DNA of 64,000 nucleotides from Lophium mytilinum (taxonomy: Eukaryota). The stretch spans positions 2,170,001 through 2,234,000 of the forward strand of contig MU004181.1 of NCBI GenBank assembly GCA_010093605.1. The letters are read 5' to 3'. The notes under the pieces were generated by a model that saw nothing but the letters and a program-made list of their open reading frames with translations, made no database searches and had not been told where the DNA came from. Positions 52,053 to 64,000 of the stretch are shown in pieces (the first letter of the stretch is position 1; every line of letters begins with the position of its first letter). The translations under genes were made by a program, and so were the position numbers.

Positions 52053-53321
52053 TTGGGATGGACTGAAGACAAGTGTTCCAGGCACGAAGAGAAAGCGACA
52101 GCCAAAGTGACCGAAGGGGTTCAGCACATGGTATCGAAACAAAGACACAAATTGGGAGCACGACGTCCGCGAAGATTGGAATTGGCAGGACGTGAGGAAG
52201 AGGCAGTTCAACGGAGGATACAATATGGGCGAGAAATGGGACAACAGCCGGGAAGGCGAAACGTCACTGGACTTGGCCATCAGGAAGCTCAGGACAGAAC
52301 CTCTCCAGCGACTCCAGCGATGCATGTTCATCCCACGACTCCCACTAGAGATATCAGAGACACAACGGTTAGAAACGGAACAGACAGAGACGGAAGCACC
52401 AGAGACAGATCCGCAGCAGGCGATACCTTGGAGGAGCTTATCAGGGAAGGGCTGCGCGATGATGTGCCCTCCTCTCTAGACGAGCAAACGGCGAAGAACT
52501 CCAATCATGGTTCGCTCTATGATCGCAGCGGGAGCGAGTATTCTGGAGGGCGGCGGAGTAGAAGCGCTGATATTACCGAAGAAGAGATGTTTCAGACCGG
52601 AATTGAGCAAGGTGGACTACCAAGCGATCAGCTCGAACCGGACGTGGAGGATACAGGAAAAGCAGACATTCCCGAAATACGTCCAGAAAACGCTACTGAA
52701 TCTGTCAAGAGTACGACAGCACCACAACCCGACGTAAGCTCTTCTGTAAGTAAGCCGAATAGCAAGAAGCTGCTATATGAGTTCCCCCATTCGAGAGACA
52801 ATGAAAATTCTAGACAACAACAAAGTACCCCAGCTTCCCTAGAGGCAAAAAATGTAACCGGGAAGGAGTCGGGTAGTCCATCCGACGATTCGCTTAACCT
52901 GAAGTCGGATGAGCCTGGACAAAAGCACAATTCCGAGAACAGACCCGCAAAAGTTACCGAAACTGTAAAGAAATCAGAAACACGACGGAAGGGGGACAAT
53001 AGAACAGGGAAGATGCTAACTTCTTCCCAGAGCCAAACCTGTGAAAGTCCTAGCAAAACACGGTTAGACGTACTCATTAGAGAACGCAGAGTGGCCAAGG
53101 CCGCAGGTATACCGGCACATGGCAGACTGAACGGACAGAGCCGAATGGGTGCAGAGAAAGGTTTTCAAGGGCGTTCAGTTGTGGATGAATCTGATGAAGC
53201 GGCAGCGCTTCTAAGACAGAGAGCTATGGAGAGACAGAGGCGAGGGTTAGAGTCTGAAAGGATGGAACATGACGCGGAGAGCGGCATGTGTAAAGAGAGA
53301 GGTGTAAAAAGGACGCCCTGA
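52053..53321 (+). CDS. Hypothetical hydrophilic disordered protein (structure uncertain; may continue the previous gene)
   Basis: 422-codon open frame directly after and in frame with the previous stop. Confidence 0.4.
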   Translation: MGWTEDKCSRHEEKATAKVTEGVQHMVSKQRHKLGARRPRRLELAGREEEAVQRRIQYGREMGQQPGRRNVTGLGHQEAQDRTSPATPAMHVHPTTPTRDIRDTTVRNGTDRDGSTRDRSAAGDTLEELIREGLRDDVPSSLDEQTAKNSNHGSLYDRSGSEYSGGRRSRSADITEEEMFQTGIEQGGLPSDQLEPDVEDTGKADIPEIRPENATESVKSTTAPQPDVSSSVSKPNSKKLLYEFPHSRDNENSRQQQSTPASLEAKNVTGKESGSPSDDSLNLKSDEPGQKHNSENRPAKVTETVKKSETRRKGDNRTGKMLTSSQSQTCESPSKTRLDVLIRERRVAKAAGIPAHGRLNGQSRMGAEKGFQGRSVVDESDEAAALLRQRAMERQRRGLESERMEHDAESGMCKERGVKRTP

Positions 53322-53649
53322 AAAGGTCTACATTGTAGAGCGTTTGTGTTGCTCCAAATGTAAATACGGTCACAACCGGCGACGCACTTCAGTGAAATTG
53401 AAGACACGCTGCGAACCGTTCGTGACAAACGATAGCTTATGTGTAATATGAATTCTAGGGAACTCATCGTTCGCTCAGCATGCCAACACCCTCTCGCTAC
53501 AGTCGTGAGACCCTGATGCGTATATATTCTCATATCGTTCCAAAGGACCTTGGGGTGACCCTTTGGTAGAAAAAATCTGAGACACTCTTCTTTCCAGTCC
53601 ACCAAGTATCTGACTTCCTGGCTAAAGACGATCTGAGTCTACGCCCAAG

Positions 53650-53958
53650 ATGCCGTTGATGCTCGAATACGTGGTCATAATTCTTCTCTATTCAGTATTC
53701 CTTGCAGCCTTGGCCCTCTGCTGTGCGTCCGAGCTGTATAAACGGCATAAAGCTTCCAGAGATAGAAGAAAGCGCGAGGAGGCTGCAAGATTTGGAGAAA
53801 ACCTAGCACGGAGTATAACCGAACGAACTGATTACCGGCCGTCCGCTCGAGATGACATCGAACTTGGCGCTTCCATGGCGAGACCTTTGAGCGGAGCGAC
53901 TTTGGTTCCAGAGCGAGTACGACCCTTTCCGGGGTCTCTTCCTCTACGGTCCGAATAG
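53650..53958 (+). CDS. Small single-pass membrane protein
   Basis: aagATG, N-terminal TM, basic stretch, DDIELG motif. Confidence 0.5.
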   Translation: MPLMLEYVVIILLYSVFLAALALCCASELYKRHKASRDRRKREEAARFGENLARSITERTDYRPSARDDIELGASMARPLSGATLVPERVRPFPGSLPLRSE

Positions 53959-54844
53959 CGTGTGTTCTTGAAGGAAGTGGTGGATCTGGAGAATTTTCGT
54001 GGGCATAGCGTATTAGTAATTTGCCACGACTGATGAAGTCTGAAGGAAGGAGTTGATAACGACGCGCGGAATGATGCGGTGGCTAGGATATTAGGTAGAA
54101 CGTACTGTCTTGTGACAAGCTAAACCTTGTTGTTTCAAACCGTCAACAAGAGCGAGAATGGGCAGCAAAGTCCTGGCTGCAACCTCGTATCTAAAACCTT
54201 CTCATAGCGCGCTTTGTAGCTCGTCCTATGCTTGAAATGTTCCACCTGACTGTGCTCTTTTGTTATGGTCTTGGATATAGGGCAGTTTTTCTTCGGCGAC
54301 ATGACCCCAATTTTATAATCGTGTACATTTGCTTTGTGTCTTGGCACAGTCTGAAGTCCCCTTGCTAAGAATGATCTTCTCTCCGGATCAAGAGTTTGAG
54401 CCAGTTTCGTTCACATTCGGAACTATCGCAGGCTGCGTTTTCTCCATACTTGTCGGTGTTTGCTACTACTACTTCAGCCGGGCAACAAGGTAAAAGGAGA
54501 CGGCAGCAGGCGAAGTAGTGAGGAATGTACAGCAATATGCGGGGGAAGCTTGGGGGGCACACTCCCCGATGAAGGAGAAGTGTACGAGCTTTGCGACGTA
54601 CAACCATTGCAGTTCGTAGGAACTCGGGGCACCGTGGCTTTAAAAAACCGGAGCATCAAGGACGGAGGAGGTGTTTCGACAGTGGAGTAGCGAAAGTGTG
54701 GAACATAAGTTCTGTTCTCAGGACTTCATAGATCATTAAACAGCATTTGCACGGATGGCAGAATCTACATTGTGTATTTTAGAACGTCACTCATCTACTG
54801 AAACTATGGAGAGATACGCTCACACTTTGACCGCTTCTGCACGT

Positions 54845-55810
54845 TTATGCGTGAGTAGTTCCCATGTCAAAGAGCAAGAACTCTGCTGGCTTGTCACCGA
54901 CGCTCTCCACCTCAATCTTCCCAGGCCCCTTGGCCTCGACGTATGCGCCGTCTCCTTCCCCTAGTGTCGTCTCTCCGACCTTGATCTTCGCGCCACCCTC
55001 CTTGGGCTGTTCCCGCTCGCTCATGACGACATGCAGGTAGACCTTTCGTGGCCCTTCCTCTACCATGTCATGCGCAACGGTCTTGCCGGGGCTCAAGATG
55101 CTGGCATCCATGCTCAGATCGGCCTGGAGACCAATCGGGGCATCATCGCCCTTTTTATCTCCCAGCCTCTCGGTGTATTCCATGATCCTAACCAGTTTGT
55201 CCTGCTTCTGCTCGTCGGTGAATTTCTTAGTTTGGTAATGGGGCTTCAAGCCCTTCTTGTTTGGTTTCGCCCAAATCTGCAAGAAGTGGCACTCATCGTC
55301 TTTGTTCCGGTTGTACTCGCTGTGCGATATGCCTGTCCCTGCGCTCGTGAATTGAACCTCTCCGCGCTTTAGATTCTCAAGGTTTCCGAGTGAGTCCTTG
55401 TGTTCGAGGACTCCAGACACGATGTATGAGAAGATCAGGAACTCGGCGTGAGAGTGTGTGCCGAATCCTGTCCCTTTTTCGACGCGGTCTTCGTTGATAA
55501 CGCGTAGTGGGCCAAAGGAACCATGTTCCTGGTTGTAGTAGCTGGCGAAAGAGAAGGTGTGGAAGGAGTATAGCCAGCCGTGGTCTGAGTGGCCGCGAGC
55601 GGACCAGGGACGCTTTGTGATTTTGGTTGCTGCTGAAGTCGACATCGCGCGAATTGTTGAAGGCGTAGCTTTTGGGAGGAACTTTGGTAGAGAGTTGCGA
55701 AGAGGAGTGAAGAGAGCCAGGATGACTGCTGCAATTGCGATTAGGATGGCAAAAGTTTTGGTTGAGAAGGAAGAAGTGGTGGAATTTGGAACTGATTTGC
55801 TTGCTGTCAT
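54845..55810 (-). CDS. Pirin-family (YhhW-like) bicupin, intronless
   Basis: RGHSDHGWL.SFHTFSFASYY, FGPLRVINED, GFGTHSH, H.DSLGN, AGTGISHSEYN, FLQIW; TATATAA at about 55851-55857 (minus). Confidence 0.93.
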   Translation of the reverse strand: MTASKSVPNSTTSSFSTKTFAILIAIAAVILALFTPLRNSLPKFLPKATPSTIRAMSTSAATKITKRPWSARGHSDHGWLYSFHTFSFASYYNQEHGSFGPLRVINEDRVEKGTGFGTHSHAEFLIFSYIVSGVLEHKDSLGNLENLKRGEVQFTSAGTGISHSEYNRNKDDECHFLQIWAKPNKKGLKPHYQTKKFTDEQKQDKLVRIMEYTERLGDKKGDDAPIGLQADLSMDASILSPGKTVAHDMVEEGPRKVYLHVVMSEREQPKEGGAKIKVGETTLGEGDGAYVEAKGPGKIEVESVGDKPAEFLLFDMGTTHA

Positions 55811-56446
55811 TCAGAATACAAGAGTCCGGCAATTGGGACTCGAGAGCGCCTTATATACACAGAGCTTGTAAGGAAAGATACCACCAGGAGGTTCTAGATA
55901 GACAAAGGAGAGTTGCCGGCGTGGAGTATATTGCTATGTCAGTTGTTTGTAAGGAGGGGTGCTGGAGCTTGAGGGCTGTAAGCGATGACATCGGAAATGT
56001 AAGCTGCTAGTGCATCCTGTTCAGGTATAGCGCTCCTTGGAGCTGTATTCTATCTCTCTTGGAGATCCCATTCGAGCATTTGATTGTTCTTCGAACAGAT
56101 GCCAATTGCTTGGCTTTGCATAGACTCGTCTCGGGTCTCTGCTGAAAATGCTTACGATCTTGATTTGAGGCTTCTACAGTGCTTTCCTCACCAATACTAC
56201 CAGGAGCGGAATGACGCCGCTTCTTTGATTTGTCAATTGCCCTAATTGGATCATTGGAGATGAGAGAGTCAAACTGAACATTTTTACAAGGCAGCAGTTC
56301 ACTATACAGTAGCCTAACTAATCATTCAATTGCTAGATGGAGAAATGCAATTAGGAAAAATGTGGTGACAATCTAGTGAGCGGAACCACGCCGCGTCAAC
56401 TGGGACCTCTCCGTTTTCGGCTCTATCTTTGTTCAACTCGTCCGCC

Positions 56447-57688
56447 ATGCCTCCACAGGCTCCGTACTGCGAGGGTGCGAAGCGTCCATTCGATCCCAAT
56501 ACCCTGATTCGCGACTGGCACAAGCATCCTTCCCCCGAAAAGGGCCCGTTTTCAAGCAGCATCACTCTGATCTTCGGACTCTCGCAAGAAGACAAATATG
56601 TATACAATGCCGGTCCAGCAGGAGTGACACTGCTACAAGCACAAACAGCACTGCTTGCAAAAGGGAAGAATGGACTACACGCATGGTATCGCGATGGCGA
56701 AGGGAACGAGGTACGCCGGAATCCTTTGCAACGCTTTAGTCTAAACATTCATACTAAGGGTATTCCATCCCTGCCTTACCTCCAGAACTTCTGCTTATAC
56801 TTAAGACATTAGATACCCCCACCCATAGTTGATGATGTAGTGGCATACGCCGACCTATTCGACCCCTCAAAGTCCATCGCAGCAGCCCTCCGCGCCTTCG
56901 AAAGCAACGCCAAAAAGGGCTCTCGCCGGCACGAGATCGCCCAACACCTTTCCTCTCACCTCATTCTCCCCCGTGCCGGCCTCATCCCTGGCAAGAACAA
57001 GCGCCAGCATATGAACCCATATTACGACTTCTGGCGATGGTCCTGCAAGGAACTCGAGTGGGGAGGTCCATTCCCGAATACCGCCAGCACCAAGACGTCC
57101 CACCACGTGCTCCCGGTCTTCTATCATCATTTCGGCTGTGTGGTCCCCTCATACGCTGCACTGTATATGATAGCACAATTAGCGCAACCGAAGGGCGGGC
57201 CTAAAGTCCCTAGCAAGCCCATACTGGATATTGGGTCGGGCTCGGGCTATTGGACGTTTATGCTAAGGAAGCTCGCTCTTCCGACGCATATGTCACCACT
57301 AGTGGTGCATGCAATAGACAATCAACGCTCCCTGTACCGCACAATGTGGGTCGACGATACGATTCGCGCGACTGGGGAGGATTACCTAGACGAGCATGAC
57401 GGGGGAAAGGACGCTATACTATTACTGGTATACCCACAGACGGAGGAAGAGTTCGTACCGAAGACAGTGGAGCACTATACAGGTGGTGTCATTGTGGTTG
57501 CTGCAACACAGAATGCGGACGGCTTTACAGCGTTCAAGGAGGAGACGATGGATGCGTGGATGAAGCGGGAGCATCCCGAGTTTGAACATGCGGCTCAAAT
57601 ACCGCTACCGAGCTTTGCGGGCAAGGACGAAGCACTGTATGTCTTCGAGAGGAGGGATAGTAGTGCTCAAGAGGCTAGTCAAAGCTAA
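56447..57688 (+). CDS. Class I SAM-dependent methyltransferase-like fungal protein (intron about 56711-56812)
   Basis: ILDIGSGSGYW motif I, AIDN, LLLVYP; in-frame splice. Confidence 0.78.
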
Positions 57689-58632
57689 GTAGAGAAGATA
57701 GAGTGATTGAGAACTGAGACATAGTCGAACCTTCGTCTCATTAACCCAAGGAAAATACTAAGCTAGGTATCTACAAATGCACAACGATTCTCACCCTCTT
57801 ATTAAGTACGCCCACCATGAATCACATCCTCATATCGTTCCGGTACCCTTATCTGGGCATATCATGCCGCAGAACGACTTCTTAGCAGCCAATCCACCAA
57901 AAGGCACACCAACCACTTCAGAACACACGGTTTCAACATCCACGCATGAAAACACCTCCCAAAACACTAAAACCATCCCAAGCGACAAAGGTACCCACCA
58001 GCTCCACCCGCATGCGGCTCTGTAAAATCTTGGGAGAGACCCGCAGTCCTTATCGCGCGCGACTCCATATTTAGCCCCAAAACCCGGGGGATCTGCACCA
58101 GAACCGCGGGTGAGGCGCAACACCGACCAGGGCCTTAAGCTCACAGCAGCACTGCGTGCATCGCGATGGCTGTGCTGACCAGCATGTTTCATAGTGCTGA
58201 CATGCGCGATGAATGCCTCATCAGGACACACGCTGCGCATGGTTTAACAGCCAGGTACGTGTAAACAACAGCGATCTTCGCAATTCCTGCATCGGAGAAA
58301 TTACATCATTTGGGTCACCAGTTCCCACGTCAGCGCGGACAGTCAGATCAATCACCAGTCGCAGGCTTCGAAGCGAAGAGAGTCAATGTTTCATGTGAGA
58401 GCCAAGGCTAGAGTTTGATTTCTTGCTAAAGACAATGCAGCATGTAGAGAAAGAACCTTTTTGTGATGAGAAAAGTCCGAAGTCCGATTACCACATGCAT
58501 CCCTCCCAAAACACCTCAGATATGTGTGACGCCATCAGCTGGTCCGCCTATGCAACGGACGTCTGACGCGTCGTCGGGTCAGGTGCCGGTTCCCCCATGG
58601 TGGAACTCCGTGTGTGAGAATGGGTGAGATAT

Positions 58633-59130
58633 TTACAAGAGACCAGCGACGGCGAGGATGCCAGCGGCGAGGCCACCGAGAGCGGGAACCTGTTGGGGGG
58701 CAGCGAAGCCGGTGGAGGTCGCAGTGGCGGCGGAGGCACCGGAGGAGAGGGCAGAAGAGGCCTTGCTAGCGGCGCTTGAGGCCTTGGAGTTGGCGGCAGA
58801 GTTGGCGCTGCTGACGAGGCTGGACTCCTTGGACAGAGCGGAGGCGGCGAGCGAGCCGGTGGTGAGAGAAGCCAATGACTGGGTGATGGAGGCAAGGGCG
58901 CTGGTCAATGAGGCATCGATGCTGGTGACTTCCGAGTTGACACTGGAGACAACAGAGTTGGCTTCGGAGGCCACGGAAGAGGCGACGCTCTGGCCGACAG
59001 ACCCGACGTCGGACACAACGGAAGAGGCGATGCTCTGGCCCTCAGAAGCGAGCGAGCTGAGGATCGAGTTGACCTGGGCGGAGGCGACAGCGGCGCTGAG
59101 GGCCGAGACGAAGAGGACTTGGAAACGCAT
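58633..59130 (-). CDS. Ser/Ala-rich predicted GPI-anchored cell-surface protein
   Basis: Signal peptide MRFQVLFVSALSAAVASA; STGFAA omega-like site plus hydrophobic tail; 5'UTR intron about 59230-59170. Confidence 0.88.
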   Translation of the reverse strand: MRFQVLFVSALSAAVASAQVNSILSSLASEGQSIASSVVSDVGSVGQSVASSVASEANSVVSSVNSEVTSIDASLTSALASITQSLASLTTGSLAASALSKESSLVSSANSAANSKASSAASKASSALSSGASAATATSTGFAAPQQVPALGGLAAGILAVAGLL

Positions 59131-61914
59131 GTTGATGGATTGTTGGTAGTGAGAGTTTGGAGTGAAGTTCTGATAGGGCAAGACGGTTAGTGGGCGCCCA
59201 GGGATAGAGGTAGCACTGGGGTTTACTTACGGAATGTAGTGAAAGTGTGGTAGTGGTGAGGTTGGTGGAGCGTGGTTGTTGATGGAGGATGACAGGAATG
59301 ACGGGAGGACGGATCTTATATCACGTCCCCAACGTAATTCAGCCCCACAACCTCGCCATCCGAGCATGCACTTAGCCGTGCGCACAGCAACAAACAAGCG
59401 GACTGCGGCGCCAGCTCCGTGTCCCTGTCGCACGCACTGCCTTGTTCTGGGCTTACGTACAGATTTGGCCGGGCGACATCCATGACGCTGCATAGCCCAT
59501 AGCGGAAGCACGGCTACAAGTCCTCACGAGGCCATTGGATGCTGGCACAAAGCCCGGTGTGAGCGGCTCCGCGGATTCGTTCGGTTCCTGAATCTGGCCG
59601 CCGCCAGCAACGCATCTCTGCGCCCTGTTGCGGTGAAACCTTGGAAGGGAGCACCCTGGCCCAAAGCGTGTTGCTTAGCCTGGGGGATCGGCAAAGACTC
59701 CACTGCTTCCAGACCCTGTCGTCATGGCAGTTCCGCAAATTGGCCCAGCTTTAGCCACTGGGAGAGCTTGCTTTGCCGACCTTTCCGAATTAGACACTCT
59801 CTTCGGACGCTTATTGATGTGCTCACCACCTCACGCCGGCCGTTTATTGTTGTGGCTGAACCTACCCTTGTAGCGCGTGGTCTGAGCTCGCTAAGCTTGA
59901 CCTTGGTTGGAACTTCAAATGACAATCCGCGATCAAGCAGGCTCTATCCACGACCCAGACACCATGGACCCTCCGTCCGACGCGGCTTAATTAACTCAAT
60001 TGATCATGGGGAACTTGCAATGGGCTTTCGAAGTAGATCCAGAAGTCGATTGAGCTTCCAAAATTCCCTCGTCTTATTCAAGTCGTCGACTGGCTGATCG
60101 GGAGCAAGGTTGCAGGCTTCCTCTCCGGCATCTTCAATCTCGAGATGCGAAACTAATATCTTTCGTAGATGAGCATGACAATGGCTCGCCTTCATAGCTT
60201 TCGAAGCTCCAAGAGGCCTTCTCCGGGTTCCTAAGGACAACGTCCGAAATATACTAGGGGAGATGTCTTCGGCCACGGTCGTATGTCCGCTCTCAGAACC
60301 CGTCCAACGCCTCCTCGAACGCGACCATCATAACTCGTTTTTAGCCTACGACTTGCACAATAGATCGAGGAGACGAACTTGACTGGAAGCCCAACCCTGG
60401 CCTTCATAAGGCCGTCTTGAGGTGCGGTTCAGGCATTGCTCTTGGAATCCTACAGGGCATAGTTGCCTTTAGAGTACCGAATACCCAGCACCCAGCACCA
60501 CAATACCTTGAGAAGCACATACCAAACAGTACTGCGTCAAAGCCGCTAGGTCTTCTGCGCTTCGGCGGCCCCTGCTTCCTCGTGTTCATGTCTCTCATGC
60601 TAGGCACAACGTTCGAGGTAGTTTGGCCCAACCCAGCCAGCTCACTTGCAATTCTTAGTCCAGGGACAATTGAACGAAATACCTGTAGAGCTATGGTCTT
60701 TGGGCTTGTCCCGACAACATGCCACTCGGGGTCGTAATAGGCGAAGGCTATCAAGATTTGAGGAGGCTTGTTCGGCGCACCAACGTACCTCACGCTGGGG
60801 CATGAGTAGCCTCATTCACGAAGCGGGAGGATAAAGCGCTTGTGTAGATTAGAGTGTCGTACAGGTGTTTTGCAGATCTTCCTAGCCTTAGCCACTAGGC
60901 GAGCTCCTTTCCGGATTCAAACCTACTGCGTAGTCGCTTATTCCTGCCCAGCTATGCTCATCGAGCCGATCTCTTTGTCCATGTGGCGCCTGTGGCACAG
61001 CCTGCCGTCAACGCGCGTCTGGCGTGCTGAGCACTCCATCGCCACGCCGCCGGGCCTTTGTTGGGGTGGATTGGCAGGGCTAAGAATAGTCTGGCATTTG
61101 GCATGTGGCATTTTGAATTTCGCATTAATTGCGGCGCGGCGAGGCGAGCCTGATGCTGTTTTTGCGTCGTCCATGCGGCATATCAAAGGAAGGCGGATGA
61201 AACGTGGCACAGCCTGTGCCCTGTTATGGGAAATTGCCCTGCCACGACCATGAACGTATCAGTACAACGGGCATTGATGAAGGGAGAAAGGGGGCACCGG
61301 GGTTTCCTGTGCGCCGCGGAGAGCAACAGCCAGGTCTAAGATTCGATGATATCATTGCCTGAACAAGGTTGGCAGGGAGGTAGGGAGGCCTCAACTGTGG
61401 CGTTCATGTTTGTCGGTAGTCGGCAGCTCAGGGATCCGTCTGACCACGTGTATGCAGATTGGCGATGGATGGAGAGCACGCTGTAAAGTCCGTTGATGGT
61501 TGAGATGCGGTCTGAGGTGAGATAGATTGGAACCTCGTCGAGGACCTCGGGAACTTCTGTAAGGGCCTTGGCGTGGCGGCGACGACGACAACCTCCCTGC
61601 ATCCTCCATGCGCGAAGACACCCATGCACGTCACAGATGCAGTCACTATTCTCTGCTGAAGAGTCGTGAGACTGGAACTCGATGAGGGAGCAACGGAGCG
61701 GAAGGCGGTAAGTGTCAGATTCAGTCCAATAAAATATCTCCTTTTAGAAGTAGGAAGAGGAATTCTATTTAAAACGAAGTATACAAAAACCCACGCAAAC
61801 TCAATGTACCATCAGTATTTTCCTCTTCAACACAATTTCCCACTCAATTTTCGAGAGAGAGTTGTACAGATTTCTCGCTGGAGAGCCCTTCGATTCGGCT
61901 AGAATGGGTGGCTG

Positions 61915-63114
61915 CTAGACCGGATACTGGTAGCCGTCTTTATTCGCAAGAGGATTTTCTTCCATGGTTCTCTTCTCCCATCTTTTCATTTCCTCGCCAG
62001 AACGTAGCTCACCAAGTCGTCGGTGCCCCCATACCTCGAGACAGACAGGAGTCTGGTTATCGGAATAATGGAAAGGAGCACCAAGGTGCCCTCTACGGAG
62101 CGCACCGAGAGGCCTCGTCGCATTTCCAAAATGTTTTTTTAAATAGTCGTTGATCTCTTTCCAGGGAACGCCAGACTTGAGCATTGCTTGTGGGATTGAG
62201 CCCATTTTCAGCGGCGATCTGAAGCCCCACTGCTGAGGCCGGCCACGGCCTTGTTTAGGGCCAATCCCGTTCCTTCCAAGACTGAACTTGATTTCATCCA
62301 ATCGATTTTCTTGGGATCGTCCAACCCAACACTCGGATTTGAGTGCAAACCGTTCATTGCGTCTGAAGGTTTGCAGGAACTTTGTGATGATTTGGTCGAG
62401 TGTTGGAGCCATTTCTCCCTCAAACTCACCGTCTATTCCAACGAATCGTAGAGTTACCTTATCCAGGGGCAGACTAACTGCAGTCTTTGTACCCCTCAAC
62501 GATGCAGCATTGCTCCAGCCTGGCGGGGGAAGGCTTTCCTCAAGAGAATCGCCCACTGGTAACAATGGCAGGAGCCGATCCCCTGGAGGACCGTGGTCGA
62601 TCCATGCCTCCAACTCGCGAAGTAATTCTTGGTTGTACTGATCGCCTTTGCGGTTGTGGAAGATTTGGAAGACGCAGAACTTGCAATAGTTCCTGCGGTC
62701 GAGGCGTCTACGATCTGGCCACATGCAATCGACAGTGATATCCAGCTGCTTGATGTATTGAGGGTCTCCGTTGAGACGCATCTTCAGGCTGTGGAGAGCC
62801 CTATCGCCCTCTCTCATTTTTACCAGGTCGTCGAGATGTACAAAGGCACTGAATCGGCTAGTGCGGTAATGCGTTGGCAAAACCTCTTTCGATACTCGCT
62901 TGGAGGTAAGCATCAGTCCTCGAAGGGTATCTCGCTGAGTCTGGAGCTCAGCCGATAGGCGGTGGGTGCAATGTGAGAAGTTCTCCTCAGAATTGCCGTC
63001 TGCTAGCGCCCACTCGTAAATTCTCTCTCTGCACTCCTGGGGTATGCCGAGGAATGTCGGCGTTGGCATAAGGAAAAGCTCCTTCAGGTTGGCAATATCC
63101 ATATTTTCCTTCAT
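61915..63114 (-). CDS. Hypothetical protein with N-terminal F-box-like motif
   Basis: 399-codon ORF; TFLGIPQECRERIYEWAL and LMLTSKRVSKE match the fungal FLxLPxEIRxxIY...LLxTxRQI pattern. Confidence 0.7.
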   Translation of the reverse strand: MKENMDIANLKELFLMPTPTFLGIPQECRERIYEWALADGNSEENFSHCTHRLSAELQTQRDTLRGLMLTSKRVSKEVLPTHYRTSRFSAFVHLDDLVKMREGDRALHSLKMRLNGDPQYIKQLDITVDCMWPDRRRLDRRNYCKFCVFQIFHNRKGDQYNQELLRELEAWIDHGPPGDRLLPLLPVGDSLEESLPPPGWSNAASLRGTKTAVSLPLDKVTLRFVGIDGEFEGEMAPTLDQIITKFLQTFRRNERFALKSECWVGRSQENRLDEIKFSLGRNGIGPKQGRGRPQQWGFRSPLKMGSIPQAMLKSGVPWKEINDYLKKHFGNATRPLGALRRGHLGAPFHYSDNQTPVCLEVWGHRRLGELRSGEEMKRWEKRTMEENPLANKDGYQYPV

Positions 63115-63728
63115 TCTTCCTAGATTTCCTTCCTCGAGGATGCTGGGACTGCTTTTGGTCCTGCGTTCGTTTAGTCGTCGGAAAATAATACCAAGAAGGG
63201 CCTATTACTCACTGTTGCGACGCTCAACTGTTGAACTGAGGCGTTCCTTTCCGCAGAAAAGTCTCTCAGGTTCCGCTTCTGGTATACTGTTTTGAAGTTC
63301 GACGCGAAGTTTAGAGCTGTTCCGGCTTTTTGAAGAAGTGCTGGCAGAGTATCGAGGGTTTTGTAATGATGGAGAGAGGATGAAGCGAGACTTTATGTGG
63401 TCTTGGGTTTACGCTCTGATTACGCTCTGATGGCGCTCTAATCATCCTCCTTATGGTACCGTTCAGGTACTCTGGGTCTCAATGACCGTACCATCGTCGG
63501 TATGTTCGACGAACCGTGGTTTATCACCCACACAATCCATTTTCGGTTTAGCGCGGTTGAGAACGACCACGTTATTCCGCAGACCTGCTCACTCACAACA
63601 CACAGGCGCAGCACCAATATCAACTTCTTCTGCTTTGTGAAGAGGGCTGAGAGTTACGGGTTTTCTAATGCTTGAATGCCCATTCGTACCGACTGCATTC
63701 CATCATGCTTCATTCACATGTCAGGCTT

Positions 63729-63998
63729 TCACCCTACCAAAGCCGCCTTACCACCTCCATACTTTCCTTCGGGACCATCAAGATGCGCGTCCAGGACCGC
63801 GCTCTGACCACCCAGCACTACTTTCACGGCCTCCGTGAGCAGCCTATCCAGGTCCTTCGCCGTGCTTGCATGCGCTGCCCATACTTTTCCCCCCGATGCC
63901 GCCTTCGCGATGCCAGAGTAATCCGGAGTGGGTACAAACGAGATGTTCAGTTCCTCGTTGCTGACTTTCGATCCCGCGCCGTCTGGGTGAACTAGGAG
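63729..63998 (-). CDS. C-terminus of a thiamine-pyrophosphate-dependent enzyme (acetolactate-synthase-like), cut by the window edge; absent from the ORF track
   Basis: My translation: LLVHPDGAGSKVSNEELNISFVPTPDYSGIAKAASGG...LTEAVKVVLGGQSAVLDAHL...*. Confidence 0.75.
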   Translation of the reverse strand, partial: LLVHPDGAGSKVSNEELNISFVPTPDYSGIAKAASGGKVWAAHASTAKDLDRLLTEAVKVVLGGQSAVLDAHLDGPEGKYGGGKAALVG

Positions 63999-64000
63999 AA

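Noticed and set aside
63672..63995. 107-aa plus-strand ORF
   Set aside because: Antisense to the TPP-enzyme C-terminus on the minus strand

Overview
Eukaryotic DNA from a filamentous ascomycete (Pezizomycotina; GT..CTRAC..YAG introns and strong RIP damage; Dothideomycete is a guess). About 20 host genes are present: a QIP/Gfd2-like protein, a Gfo/Idh/MocA oxidoreductase, V-ATPase subunit c, SNU13, an Argonaute, an Egh16/GAS1-like secreted protein, an OPT transporter, a TOK1 channel, ETF-alpha, SWI3/RSC8, an MMS1/DDB1-like protein, GYP8, pirin, a methyltransferase-like protein, a GPI protein, a partial TPP enzyme and several hypotheticals. A 9.9-kb RIP-ed island (4499-14401) resolves into a Tc1-like DD34E transposon with a full-length chromodomain Ty3/Gypsy element inserted in its transposase. 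Best leads: (1) an Argonaute with an N-terminal CCHC zinc knuckle and a DEDH tetrad, near a catalytically dead QIP-like exonuclease that also has a CCHC knuckle; (2) two mutually similar adjacent introns in SNU13; (3) a tandem pair of uncharacterised paralogues sharing a domain I do not recognise, with oppositely charged tails. Exon boundaries, alignments and reverse-RIP readings were done by eye; no database searches were run.
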